Positions 25,560-38,864 of a stretch of DNA of 64,000 nt are shown piece by piece. Location: the NCBI RefSeq assembly GCF_016433145.1, contig NC_058131.1, forward strand, positions 321,912,732-321,976,731, in the 5' to 3' direction. Each line of letters begins with the position of its first letter. Positions within the stretch are counted from its first letter, which is position 1. The notes below the pieces were generated by a model. It saw only the letters and a program-made list of their open reading frames with translations. It did no database searches and had not been told where the DNA came from. The stretch is from Gracilinanus agilis. Lineage: Eukaryota. The translations under genes and the position numbers were made by a program.

Positions 25560-26500
25560 ACGGGGGGAATAAGTGATTAGATACAGGGTCTGGGGGAAAG
25601 GAAGAGTCAAAGATGACTCTTAAGTTAGGAACTTAGGTGACTGGGTATCCTCAGCAGAATTAAGGAGGTTTGGAGGAAGATCCACTTAGGGGAAAAGATC
25701 ATGAATTCCATTTTGGATGTGTTGAGTTCAAGATGCCTTTGGGACATCTAAGAGATATTCCGTAGACAACTAATAGCATACTGGAATTCAGGAGCGTGTA
25801 ATTAGAATGAATACAGAGATGGTTTGGTTTTTGTGCACAGAATGTGCCCCTAATAAATTTTTTGACAAATTTGTGGTTGAATTGGGAAAAATTAGGACTG
25901 AAAAAATAGATCTGGGAATCATCTGTGTAGAAATCATACTTGAATCTATGGGAGCTAATGAAATATTCACCAGAGGTTACGGAAAGGTAAAAGGGTCTAA
26001 GACAGAACTTTGGGATCATCCATACTGAAAGGGCATGAAATGGATTCTGATACCATAATGCAGACTAAAGGGGGTGAGGTTGCATAGGTTGCAGAATCAG
26101 GAGAGAAGTGGCATGGAAATCAGTGTAGAGAGTTTGTCCAAGCTAGGGCTCATCAAAAATATGAAAAACTGCTGAAGGAGTGCTGAAGGAAAATGAAGGC
26201 TGGGAAAAGGCCATGGGATCCAGCAGTTAAGATGTCATTAGTAACTCCAGATGACCAGTGATGAAGAATGCTACATATCTTCTGCCAGAGAGGTAGTAGA
26301 CTCAAGGTACAGAATGGGACATACATTTTTAATGCAAAAAGTGAAGAAATAATTCATAACTTTTTAGAGAGCAGTTTCAATTGAGTGATATGTTCATAAG
26401 CCGGCTTATAAAGGAATTAGAAGTGACTAGGTGAGGAAGTAAGAGGAGCAAGTTTCAACGACTCTAGGAGTCTGGCAATGAAAGGGAGGAAAAAGATAAA
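25560..26500 (-). mobile_element. L2 fragment
   Basis: Minus-strand ORF contains FKYDFYTDDSQIY (degenerate YADD motif). Confidence 0.75.
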
Positions 26501-26536
26501 TGATAGCTTGAGGTGATGGCAAGGTTAAATGAAATT

Positions 26537-26538
26537 TT

Positions 26539-26598
<60 letters not shown>

Positions 26599-26615
26599 TT
26601 TCTTTCTTTCTTTCT
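26537..26615. repeat. (TTTC)n microsatellite
   Basis: Direct reading. Confidence 0.97.
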
Positions 26616-27201
26616 CCCAGTAATGATCTTTCCCCATGGACTTCACATGTTGCTTTTTTTTCCCTACTTCTCTGATGCATTAATCATGAAATATTATGTA
26701 TTACAGCATCTGGTCCTATTTTCCTATTAGCCTGTAATTTCAAGGGATTAGGGTCTATCTTTTATTTGAACTATCTCTTTCCCAATCCCAGTACCTGTTG
26801 AAGAAATCTTCACACAGTAGGCACTCAGAAAATATTCTGGAGGAAATGAATGGGATGTTAAATCCAGAAGGGTCCTTAGAATGTCTGAACACAGAACATT
26901 AGAGCCAGAAGGAAAGCAACAAGCATTTATTAAGCACCTACTGTGTGTCAAGCATTTTGCAAATATTATTTCATTTGATCTTTGCAACAATCCTGGAAGG
27001 TAGGTGTTATTATTAGTGCCATTTTACAATTAAGAAAACTCAAGTAGATAGTTAAATGACTTGTTCAGAGTCATAGTAAATATCAGAATCTGAATTTGAA
27101 CCAAGGTCTTCCTGACTCCATGCCTAGCATTCTTTCTACTTTGCCACCCAGCTGGTTCAGAAGAGAATAAAGGATTTGGATTGTTAGAATCTTAGAGCAT
27201 T

Positions 27202-27297
27202 AAAGCTAGAAGAGATGTTAGAATATGAACTGATATTAACTACACAGAAAGCTGGAAGAGATGTTAGAATATGAACTGATATTAACTACACAGAAAG
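27202..27297. repeat. 46-bp tandem duplication
   Basis: aaagct(a/g)gaagagatgttagaatatgaactgatattaactacacag occurs twice (27202, 27248). Confidence 0.95.
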
Positions 27298-27677
27298 GAA
27301 GGTCATAAGAGAACACAAAACAAAGGTGATGTGGGTGCTGTTATGTTAAAGTCAATAATACACATTTGGGGGTGGCATTAAGAGTTGGTAAATAATAGAA
27401 ATTTACAGGCATTTACAATCTCTTGGGGTTTTACAATATTTCATTGTATACATTCATTCTTCTTATTTTCTTTTCTTATGCTTTTGATCTATTTTTGAAT
27501 ACCTGCATTTGTTCAATGGGAGTTTAAATCATATATATAAATTGTTTGGTAGAATTGGAAGAAGCCATCATATAAAGAATATTAGACTATGCTACAGAGA
27601 ATGTCAGAGCTTAGAGAGACCTTAAAAGACTAATTAGACTAATTAGTCTAACTATACCTAAGAAGGGAAAGTGACTT

Positions 27678-27679
<2 letters not shown>

Positions 27680-27717
<38 letters not shown>

Positions 27718-27718
27718 G

Positions 27719-27757
<39 letters not shown>
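27680..27757. repeat. (CA)n(CG)6(CA)n alternating purine-pyrimidine tract
   Basis: 78 bp of uninterrupted alternation; CG run at 27715-27726. Confidence 0.97.
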
Positions 27758-27760
<3 letters not shown>

Positions 27761-29394
27761 GACTGAGCCAGAATTAGAATCTGTCTCCTGACTTGCAAGC
27801 CTGAGCTCTTTCCTACCGCCCTTCCCATTTCTACCGACACCCCATCTCCTTATGAAAATATCTCCTATGAGTATGAGTGATCATTTTGCACTAAAACAAA
27901 TATTTCATGATTAACCTGCAATTAGGCTGCCTCAGTCTCTGTATTATCCAAACAATAAGTTTTGCAACACTGCAAAACGGGCCATTTATTCATTAACTAC
28001 TGTGTGGGGCTGGAGGGCCCTTAGAGGCAGGCAGGAGCCCCGGGAAGGGGAGGTGTGTGTGCTGATGAATAGCAGATCTAGGGTAGAAAAAGAAACCCAG
28101 CGGGGGTTTCCCAGACCCAGAATGGGATATTGAATGAAAGACCAGCTCTTATTTATTCAGGCAGCAGGTAGGTGACTATCTGCCTGGTGAGATTTCAGTG
28201 GTGATAGTGATGCAGGTTATTATTATTAATAGATTCACATTTGTGAAGGTTTTTAAGGTTAGCAGAGTGCCTTCTTCAGAACGACTTAGTTAGTGTTAGT
28301 GTAATTATCACCATTTGACCGATTCAATGCAGTTTCTTTCCAGTGAGCTCTAATTGAACACCTACTATGTTTAAGGTACTCTGCTGGGCACCGGGGAGAC
28401 AAAGACAAAATGAAAAAAACCACCCCTGCCTTCAAAAGGCTAACGTTCTTCTGGAAGAGAACGGAAAATTGTCTGCTCACGAATAGTTGTTGTTCAGTTG
28501 GTCAGTCATGTCCTATGCTTTGGGACCCCATGGAGCATAGTTGGTTATCCATGGGATTTTCTCCACAAGGATGCTGGAGTGGTTTGCCATTTTCTTCTCC
28601 GCTGGCTCCTTTGGTCAGCCTTGCTCAAAGTTGCATGACTAATAAGTGTCTGAGGTCCAGTTTGAATTCAGGTCTTCCTGATTCTAGGTCCAGCATTCTA
28701 TCCAGTGTGTCGCTTAGCTGGCTCATTTACAAAGAGTAACTGATATTTATATACATTGGAGTGCTGTAGAGTTTGCAAAAAATTTTCAATATGTCATCTC
28801 ACTTTCTTCTCACAATAACCTGAGGTAGGTAAGTCCAAGACTCATCGAATATTATATTCCTCCTCAGGTGAGCAAAGAAGAAACACAGGAAGTGGCAAAG
28901 CCTGCCTTTGAACCCCGATCTCCTGGTTCTAAATCCAGGGATCCTTTGGATAGATATACCATGTGGGAAAAACTGTTCCCCTACGTGTGGTGAATAAATC
29001 CTGTGGATGTATTCTGTCTTGTATAGAAGATATTTCTCCAAAATGTGACACCCCGCCCCCCTCCCCCAAGAACTGGCCACAATATTTGAGGTGGGATTTT
29101 GACTGGATTAAAGAAGTTGCAAGTGTACAGCTTGGAGAAGAGAAGAGGAGGATCTGGCTGCTTTCTTCAAGTCAATGAAAGGTGATCTGGCAGGAATGTA
29201 GCAGAGAAGAAGATACTGTTGGAGCTGGCAAGTGACTTCTGAGGACCTTTCAACATGGTGATTCTGTGGCCTGTGATTCTAAGGGTCTTTCCCTTTCTTC
29301 TTCTTGTTCTTTTCAGGACGTGACAGTCTGCTGGAAGAATAGGCTTAGCTTTAAAAATCGGAGATTTGAGTTAGAGAAAATAAATTATTTTTTT

Positions 29395-29808
29395 TATTCT
29401 TAACCCTTACTGTAAACCTTAAGGGTAAGGACAGAAATCCCTTCTGTCTTAGAATCAATGCTGAGTATCTGTTCCAAGACAGACGACCAGTAAAGGCTAG
29501 GTAATATTGGAATCAAGTGATTTGTCCAGGGTCAAACATCGAGGAAGCATCTGAGGCCAGAATTGAACCAGGCGCTCTATCCAGAGCCACCTAGCTGCCC
29601 CAAAAGAATAAGTTCTTTTTTTTTTTTTTTTTAAACCCTTATCTTCTGTGTATTGGCTCCTAGGTGGAAGAGTGGTAAGGGTAGGCAATGGGGGTCAAGT
29701 GACTTGCCCAGGGTCACACAGCTGAAAAGTGTCTGAGGTTGGATTTGAACCAAGGACCTCCCGTCTCTAGGCCTGGCTCTCAATCCACTGAGCTACCCAG
29801 CTGCCCCC
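29395..29808 (-). mobile_element. Two adjacent CORE-SINEs (older 29395-29600, younger about 29618-29808)
   Basis: Two minus-strand heads; the younger copy is flanked by aataagttctt / aataatttctt. Confidence 0.85.
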
Positions 29809-29954
29809 ATAATAATTTCTTAATCATTGGTTGGATCAAAAACAGAGGTAGGAGATTTCTGGAGAATGTTAGGGCCTGGACTCTGATGATCTCCCGGTCA
29901 CCCGGAGGATTCTGCCTCTCTGTGTTTGACCACCTTCAATGCTCTTAAGAGAGG

Positions 29955-30002
<48 letters not shown>

Positions 30003-31206
30003 ACAGAGTCCTCAACTATCAGGGTTGAATTAGAAGCTATGCTATCCAGAGGCAAGGGAGACATATGGATTACCTTTGGGCAGGCTGGTATGGTGAAAAG
30101 AGCACTGGATATAAAATCAGGAGTCTTGGTTCAAATCCTGGATCTGCTCTTTACCACGTGTGACTCTGAGCAAGTCACATCTCCTTGGCCTTAGTGTCTT
30201 CATTTCTAAAGTGAGTAGTCTGGCCGAAATGATTTCTAAGAGCCTTTCTAGCTGAAAGTCTTGCAGGCCCGTGAGGGCCCCATCTAATTTTGTGTCTTCA
30301 GCTCTGGTAGGCCTTGGAGCATTGTCTGGAGCAGAAGGATTTGCTACGGGGCTTGATGCCTTTTCCAAAGAAAAGGAGAGACCAAACTTCAGTGAGGAAC
30401 TGTGAGTCTCTGGGCTATAAAGCGCCTTTCTTCTTCTCTAGCTCACATTGTATTTTACTACATTAAAAAAAAAAATTCTTCTTGTTATCAGCACCTCTTC
30501 CTCAGGCCCCCTCCCTTCCTGACTGAGGGCACTGGGGGGTAATCAGTGGGCGGTTGGGCATCCGGGCAGGGAAGCGAGTTGTGAAGTGGGTGTCCGGGAG
30601 AAGATTGATAGCTGCTGGGGAGAGTGGAAAGGAGGGCCGGCTGGCCTGAGGACAGGAGGCCAGAGCTCCCGGAACATCCACATATTCTTTGTCTCTTCTC
30701 GCCAGGCCTCCAGGGACCCCGCTGGGGAAGTTAATGGGACATGGGACACACGTTTAACGAGCCTCCGGCCTTTATCTCCTCATCGCTAAGGCCTTCCTGC
30801 CACGTTTAACAGCTGAGTGGGTTTGTGGAGTCCAGGGGTGGGGATCAGTCATTCAAAGTTTGGCTGGGCAGGAGCCAAGGTCAGGGACCTCCTAGGCAAG
30901 GAGGCCAGGCCCCTGGTTTCTAGCCTCAGCTGCCCAGGCTTCAGGACTGAGGATCCCTGGGAAATGGAGAGCCCCTCTTTTCCCCCGGCGGTGCAGGAGG
31001 CAGAGTTTCCATCTTCTAGGTCATTTATCCCCCTTTTATTTCCTCATGATGTACACTAGGAGGACCTGGTTTTAAGGTCTGACTTAACTAGATCTTAAAT
31101 GTGTATGTCACTTAACCTCTATGAGTTTTTATTGTCATTGCAATTACTGGCAATTTTTTCCTGTGTGGGGTTTTAATTCCTTTGCACGTGCGTGTGACAA
31201 TTTTTA

Positions 31207-31400
31207 GGGGCAGCTAGGTAGCTCAGTGGATAGAGAGCCAGGAGATGGGAGATCCTGGGTTCAAATTTGGCCTCCGACACTTCTTAACTGTGTGATCCTG
31301 GGCCAGTCACTTAACTCCAACTACTTAGCCTTTACCACTCTTCTGGTTCTTTTGGAACCGATACTTAATATCATTTCTAAGATGGATGATAAGCATTTAA
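31207..31400 (+). mobile_element. CORE-SINE
   Basis: SINE head and tail. Confidence 0.85.
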
Positions 31401-32031
31401 ATAAATAATATGGACATATAATTTGGAGTCTGGGTTTTAAAAGATTATTACAAAAATGAATAATATGGAAATAGGTTTTGAGTGATAATACATGTATAAC
31501 CCAGTGGAATGGCTCATCAAGTCCAGGAGCTGGGAGGGAAAAGGGGAGGGAGATAATAAGAATTATGTAACCATGGAAAAAATTAAAAAATTAATAAACA
31601 AAAAAACTTCTTTTAAACATCAGTTTAATAGAATAAGCAGAGTAAACATTGGCTAGAAGTCAGAGGGCTTGGGTTCAAATCCCAACTCTAGTGTTTACTA
31701 TCCATGTAACTAACCTTGGGTGAATTATCAAAGTAAGGAAGAACTATGGTCCACCTTTAGGCAGTGTGACCTCCTTAGGCCCCAGTTTGCCCGTCTGTAA
31801 AGCGAATGGGTTAGCATAGACAGCCTTGGAGGTTCTTTCCAGTTCTATGATCCTGTTATTGCTATGTCTGTGATTCTATGGGACACCATGACCTCCAGAA
31901 ATGAAGATTTTTTTGTCAATGAAAGTCCAATGGAGTCATTGATGATGGCTTTAATTTAGGTTATGGCATACTCCCATTGAGATATTATCTGGGAAATACA
32001 TGATTGGAAAAGGTACCTGGGCAGGTACCAA

Positions 32032-32285
32032 GAGGCTGTGAGGTGCCATAGTAGATAGAACACAGAACCCAGAGTCAGGAAGACTCATCTATCTTCCTGA
32101 GTTCAAATCCAGCCTCATACTTTTCCTAGCTGTGTGACCCTAAGCAAGTCACTGTTTGCTTCAGTTTCCTCATCTATAAAAATGAACTGGGGAAGGAAAT
32201 GGCAAATTCCTCCAGAGTCTCTGCCAAGAAAACCCCAAATGGAGTCACCGAGTCGGACACAACTGAAATGACTGAACAACAACGT
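32032..32285 (+). mobile_element. MAR1-type SINE (CORE plus RTE-derived tail)
   Basis: Tail gaaggaaatggcaaa..gccaagaaaaccccaaatggagtcaccgagtcggacacaactgaaatgactgaacaac. Confidence 0.88.
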
Positions 32286-32539
32286 GTACCAAGAATAAAA
32301 GATAACTTCAAAGCTAGGAAAGTGAAGCACTAGCCCCCACCGAGTGTTAAGAGAGCTTGAGGAAGGCTTTCTGGGAGTTGAAGGGATCTTGGATGGAGCA
32401 TCTGTAGAGAGGTATGGATAAGAATGACTCAGGTTGAGAAAGTGTGGATGTGAGGCCATCTTCCCCAGGACGAATGCCCACATAGATGAGTTCATGATGT
32501 CATTCATGCGCTGAAATAGGAAGTGTCTGAAACACTGTG

Positions 32540-32880
32540 GAACAATCCAGTGTAATGGACTTTGCTACTACAAGACAATCCCAAGAGACTTATGAGAAAG
32601 AATGCCATCCACATGGAGAGAAAGAACTGTGGGAGTAGAAACACAGAAGAAAAACACATGACTTATCATTTATTTATATGGATCTGTGATTCAGAGGTTT
32701 TGGTTTTAAAAGATTGCTCTATTGCAAAAATGAATAATATGGAAATAGGTATAAGTGATAACATTTGTATAACCCAGTGGAAATGCTTATTGGATCTGGG
32801 AGGGGGGAGGGAAAGAAAATGAAATATGTAAACTTGGCAAAATATCTAATAAACAAACAAACAAATAAATAAATAAATAA
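32540..32880 (+). mobile_element. L1 3' end fragment
   Basis: gaaagaatgccatccacatggagagaaagaactg..aatatggaaatagg, (AAAT)n tail. Confidence 0.8.
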
Positions 32881-33454
32881 AGGAAAGTGTCTTCCCCCAG
32901 AGTCAGAGAATATGGGTTGGAATTATGCCTGTGCCAGTTACACTTTTGGGATATCAGACAAGTCGTTTAAACTTGCTAAGCTGTCTATACAATGGGGATA
33001 ATTGGCACCACCTTTCCTCATAGTATTGTTGTGATAAAGTATTTTGTAAACTATAGGATTATTATAAACATAAGCTTATTATTATTATTACTATTCAGCA
33101 TGGGATGGTGGAAATAAGGCTGGACTTAAGCCCAGGAAATACATTGAGTTCAAAGTCTAGTTCTAGGGGAGCTGAGTGGCACAGTGGATAGAGTACCAGG
33201 GTTGGGCTCAGGAGAACCTGGGTTCAAATTTAGCCTTCAAATCTCAAAACTTCATAACTGGGTGACCCAGGGCAAGTCACAACTCCAATTGCCTAATCCT
33301 TATCTCTCTATCTTTCCCAGTTGTAACTAAAACAGAAAGTAAGGGCTTATTTGCTTTTTAAAGCATAATTCTGTACTTGTGACCCAAGTCAGTCACTTGA
33401 TCTCTCAGGGTCTTAGTTTTCTTATTTCCCAAGTGAAGAGATTTGATTAGATTA

Positions 33455-33686
33455 TCTAGGTAGAGTAATAGATAGAGCTCTGGGCCTGGTATCAGGAAGG
33501 TCTGGCCTCAACTATTTACTACTTGGATAACCCTGGGTAAGTCACTTAAATCCTGTTTGCCTCAGTTTCCTCATCTGTAAAATGAGCTGGGGAAGGAAAT
33601 GGCAAACCATCCCAGGATGTTTACTATGAAAACTCCAAACGAGATCAAGAAGAGTTGGACACACCAAAAACAACTCAACAACAAAA
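33455..33686 (+). mobile_element. MAR1-type SINE
   Basis: CORE plus RTE-type tail. Confidence 0.82.
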
Positions 33687-34264
33687 ACAAAGGTTCCTTC
33701 TAGCTCAGAATCTCTTTATCTTTATAATTAAACTTATAGGGTGTGGGGAGGAAGGTACTCAGTAAACTCCAAAATGCTATCAAAGTAGCAGCTATTGGTA
33801 TTGATTCTTACTTGTGCCATGGAGACCTCTTCTCTAGAACCCCCAGTCACACTTCCCTTGGACTTAAAAGGTGATGAAGTGCCCTCCCCACAACCGTGGG
33901 AGGTAGGTTGTATAATTATTTTTTATCTCAAATTTAATCATGAGGAAATGGGACTTGACATGTTGTGACTTATTTATAGTCATATGGCTTATTAAAAAAA
34001 AAAAGTGTAAGACTTGAACCCTGTACTTGGGCCTTAAAGCCCAGTGCGATTTTCTCTCTTATTCTCTGTTGCCTCCTCTGACATTCAATATCAAGGCTTG
34101 GCTGGCTTTGGTTGTCAGTAAATGGGTGCCCTTCTGTGACAAGTACTCAATTCTTCAGTAGCCTAGAGACAACAGAGCTTAGCATTTAGCAAGAAAAACT
34201 GAGGAAGCTACCAGGTGGTTGGAGATGGCAAACTCCATCCTTACCTTATTTTTTCCAGCAGTGT

Positions 34265-34600
34265 TGTTGTTCAGTCATTTCAATTGTGTCTAACTCTTTA
34301 TGAACCCATTTGTGGTTTTCTTGGCAAATACACTGAAATGGTTTGCCATTTCCTTCTCTGGCTCATTTTACAAATGAGGAAACTGAGGCAAACAGGGCAA
34401 AGTGACTTGTTCAGTCAGAGAGATAATTTGCCATTTCCTTCTCTGGCTCATTTTACAGGTGAGGAAACTGAGGCAAACAGGGTTAAGTGGCTTGCACAGG
34501 ATCACATAGCTCCTAGGGGTCTGAAGCCAGATTTGAACCTAATAAGACAAGTCTTCCTAATTCTAGGACCAGCACTCTATCTACTGCCCCATCTAGTAGC
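34265..34600 (-). mobile_element. MAR1-type SINE with an internal 85-bp duplication
   Basis: gccatttccttctctggctcattttaca..gaggaaactgaggcaaacagg at 34345 and 34430. Confidence 0.85.
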
Positions 34601-35700
34601 CTTGTACCAGTTTTCTGTGGGGCAATGCTCCCTCATCCCAAATGAAGGCATGTATCCTGATACACTTACCCTGGACATGGTTTGAGGTACTTGCCCTGGG
34701 CACAAAAATTCCTAGTGACAGCTCTGGTGTTACTTCCTTAACTACAACAGCCCCTTGATTGGGATACTGTTAAGTAGAGTTATTGGCCCCATTGCAGCAC
34801 TGGATTGCCCCATTCAGCTAAGTTTTGTCCTGGAGCCCCAGAAGGCTCCCTCAGGATGGCCTGGGAGGGCACCTCTGCTCAGAGGGCCCCTGCTCAGGCC
34901 GAGCCCTGTGCACTCACCCTGTGGGTGGCCCAGGCAGTCAAGCAGGAAATAATTAAGCTGAGGACTGTTTGCTGGCCAGCTGCAGGCTGGAGCTGTCTGG
35001 GGAGTGTCTTATTCAGCCCAGAGGAGGCTCTAGTCCCTAAAGTGACTACCCCTGTCTGAACTGGACTCATTATTAGAGTCTGATCACTAGAGTGCCAAGG
35101 CCTCACACCAAGTAGGCTTAACCTCAGTTTCCCCATGTGTAAAATGAAGACTTTGGGATAGATGATCTCTAAAATCCCTTTCAGAGAACTAAAAAATAGA
35201 TCACTGGGCCTTTTTTGCTATGGTCCCATATTGAGGATGGAGCTGAACTTTTCATCTTTGGGAGTTTGCAGATTGGGGGGAAAGGACCCAGGACTATGCG
35301 AGCTGGAGACAATTATATACCAAAAATTTGGAGGCTGGGGGGGGACTTGCCTTCAGTTACCACCATTGCTGAAAAAAGGTGTCTGTTATTTTTGGAAAGG
35401 AAACCATTTCTAGGGACCTTCATTTGTTAGAATTGGATTATGCTTTTAAAATCATTTAGTCCTACTCTCTTTTATGGACAAAAAAACAGGTGCAAAGAAG
35501 GGAAAAATCATAAATGTAGCAAGTGGCAGAACTGGGAATTGAAAGCAGGTTTTGGATTACAAATCTAATATTGTTTCCACTCCACCAGAGGTGTCTCACT
35601 TAACTTGTTGCAGCAAATCTCTAACATAGATAATGTTAATTTGTGGTTTTCTAAACAACATGGTCTTCAGGGAGGAATTCATTTTAATTTCAGTTTTTAA

Positions 35701-35893
35701 TTTTTTTTTAACCCTTACCTTCTGTCTTGGAATCAATATTGGTTCCAAGGCAGAAGAGTGCTAAGGGCTGGGCAATTGTTATTAAGTGACTTGCCCAGGG
35801 TCACCCAGCTGGGAAGTGTCTGAGGCCAGACTGAACCCAGGACTTCTCATCTCTGGGCCTGGCTCTCAATCCACTGAACCACCCAGCTGCCCT
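35701..35893 (-). mobile_element. CORE-SINE
   Basis: Poly-T then reverse SINE ending cagctgccct. Confidence 0.9.
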
Positions 35894-36418
35894 TCTATTT
35901 GCATTTGACACAATGGCCATTATACCAATTTCAGATTAGGCTACTGGGATTTGGCCCTTTGGGAGTCTTACATTCTCCTCTAGGCTGTGAGCTCTTAGAC
36001 CAACCAGCACCTGCTTTCTGTCTCTCACTGAAGCTTGCTCATACATGTTCAGGCACATAATCAATACTCCATAAAGACAGCTTAGTTCTAGCTGGGTGGC
36101 CCTGGGTAAGTCACTTAACCCCTGACTGCCTAGCCCTCACTCTTCTTCAATCTTAGAACGGATACTAAAATAGAAGGTAAAGTTTAAAAAGAAAAAAAAG
36201 ACAGCTTGGAAGCTAAAAGGACACGAAGGCAATCAATCAATAAACATTTATTAAGTGCCTATTCTGTGCCAGATCCATGCTAAGGGCTAGGAGCACAAAG
36301 AGAGGTAAGAGTCCAGGAGTGTACAGTCTAAAAGGGAGAGACCATATGCAAATCAATATGGACAAAGCAAGCTATTTAGCAGAGAAATAGGAAATAATGA
36401 ACAGAGAAGGCACTAGAG

Positions 36419-36627
36419 CAGGGGTCGGCAACGTATGGCTCTCGAGCCATATCTGGCTCTTTTGAGGGCCAGATATGGCTCTTTCTGCAGGAGCCATAAA
36501 GTCAATTTTTTTTTTCAGGCGCTGTTACAGGAGCGCGCACTGTGAGCACTGTATGGCTCTCACGAAATTACATTTTAAAAAACGTGGCTTTTATGACTCT
36601 CATGGCCAAAAAGTTTGCCGAACCCTG
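36419..36627. mobile_element. hAT (Charlie-type) MITE, 209 bp, perfect 8-bp TSD
   Basis: TIRs CAGGGGTCGGCAA / TTGCCGAACCCTG; TSD cactagag at 36411-36418 and 36628-36635. Confidence 0.95.
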
Positions 36628-36961
36628 CACTAGAGGGTAAGAGGGATTGGGAAAGCCTTCTGGTAGAAAACGGGATTTTGGTTGGGACTGAAAGCAAAGA
36701 GTGTATCATACCAGATAAGAACCCTAGGTCTGGAGTTAGGAAGAACTCCATCCAAAAACTGCTTCTAACACTTCTTAGCTATGTGACTATGGCAAGTCAA
36801 CCTCCCTGAACCTCAGTTTCTTCCTCTATAGACTGAGGCCATTAATGCCTGTACTCCCTATCTCTCAGTTTTTGGGGTTTTTGTTGTTGTTGTTGTTTTT
36901 GAGGACATGAGATAATTAGTAAATGAAATATTTTACAAATTTCAAAGTGTCTTATAAAAAG

Positions 36962-37152
36962 GTTAGGCAGCTAGGTAACACAGTAGATAGAGGGCCAAGC
37001 CTGAAGCTGAGAGGTCTTAGGTTCAAATCTAAACTCAGACATTTTTTAAACTGTGTGACCGTGGATAAGTCCCTTAACCTCAAATGCCTAGTCTTTGCTG
37101 CTCTTTTGTCTTAGAATTGATACAGAGACAAAAGGTAAGGTTTTTTTTTAAT
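36962..37152 (+). mobile_element. CORE-SINE
   Basis: SINE head and tail. Confidence 0.82.
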
Positions 37153-37445
37153 TAAAAATTAAAAAGTCAGTTATTGTTAGAAAATATCCTGGTCTGGTGG
37201 TCAGAACTGTGTTCAAGTTCTAGTGAAGCCATTAACTTGCTGTGTGACTTTGGGCAAATCACTATACTTCTTTGGCCTCTGGATCCTCCACTGTAAAATA
37301 AGAGAGGTCGAATTAGCTCATCTCTAGGGTCCCTAGGAAGGCAGCTAGGTGGTTCTTTAAATCCCAGCCAAAATTGCATTTTCTAACAAAAGCCCTTTCC
37401 AATCCCACTTATGCTCTAGTGCCTTCTTTGTTAATTAGTTCCTAT

Positions 37446-37672
37446 TTACCTGCTAGGTGCTAGAGTACAGGGCTTGGAGTCAGGGAGATCTGAGTTTAAA
37501 TGAGGCCTCAGACACTTACTGGCTGTGTAACCGGAGGCAAGTCACTTAACCCTTTTTGCCTCAGTTTCCTTATCTATAAATGAGCTGGAGATGGAAAAGG
37601 CAAACCACTCCAGGATCTTTGTCCAGAAAACTCCAAATGGGCTCATGAAGCATTAGACATGACTGAAAAACA
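37446..37672 (+). mobile_element. MAR1-type SINE
   Basis: CORE plus RTE-type tail. Confidence 0.85.
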
Positions 37673-38864
37673 AGAGTCCCTGGGATTATAAGATTTAAAT
37701 ATGGTAGAGACCATAGAGATCACCTCATTTAATCTTCTCATTTTACAGAGAAGAAAACTGAGACCCAAGGAGATTTGTTGGCTTGACTAAGGTTATATAA
37801 AAAGTACTCTGAAGCAGGATTCAAATTTAGGTCTTTTGACTCTAAATCTAATGTCCTTTATATTCTACGTTGAATGTTCTTTGTTCTAAGGGCCCTTCCA
37901 GCTCTGGCATCCTTTGTTCTAAGGTTTTATATTCTAAAGTCCTTCCCAGGGCTAACATGTTATGGTCTATGTTATAACAAGATCCTTTCCAATTCTAATA
38001 TTCTGCGGTAGTTTCATTCACCTGAAGGTTTGGCTCATGTTATTGCCCCATTCACTGATGGGGCCCACCTGGAGAGATACAAAGAAAGCAACAGACAGGA
38101 AGGGCCATGGGGAGTCAGAATACTGGACTGGAGACTAGCTGGCCTTTCAGACCGTTCCCCACACCTTTGGGGGAGAGGCAGTGGGATCCGAGGAGGAATA
38201 GGGCTGGTGGTCCAGGATAGCTGGATAGGGCTTGGGCTAGACCCTGCCTAGTGGTCACTTTCCCTTGTGGGGAACAAGATTGGTTCTCTGCAGGCAGCCA
38301 GAATCCTCTCCCTAGGGCCATTGCAGTCCCCTTGTCTCCTCTTTCCTTCCTACGGCCTCCTGGATTGGTCTCTGTGGAAGCACAGACAGGGAGGTACCAG
38401 CAGGTGCTAAATATACAGCACTAGCCACAGGTGCTCTCCAGCCTTCCCCACCCTGCATGAGCATCTGTGACTGCACATGCTATCCATGGACTATTTTCTC
38501 CCTCTCCAGTCTGTCTCACAAGGCTGAGTCATTCTAGGATCATACGTATGACTTAAAGCTCGATGAGATCTTAGAAATGGTCTCATCCTGTTTGGTCATT
38601 GTATAGATGAGGAAAATGTGGAAGAGAGAGATTGTAACTGGCACAAGGTCAGTATCAATAATATTAAGTAGTGAAACTGAAATCGAACTCAGGGCTTCCG
38701 ATTCTGAATCTGTATAGACCCAACAGCAGTACTTCTCAGCTCAATAATCTTCAGCCATTTCAGGGCCCTAGAAAACAAAATGCTAACTCCTTAGCTTGGC
38801 ATTCAAGGTTTTTAGAATTTGGCTTCAACCTCTCTTTATAACTTAATCCTCTTTTACAATGTTC

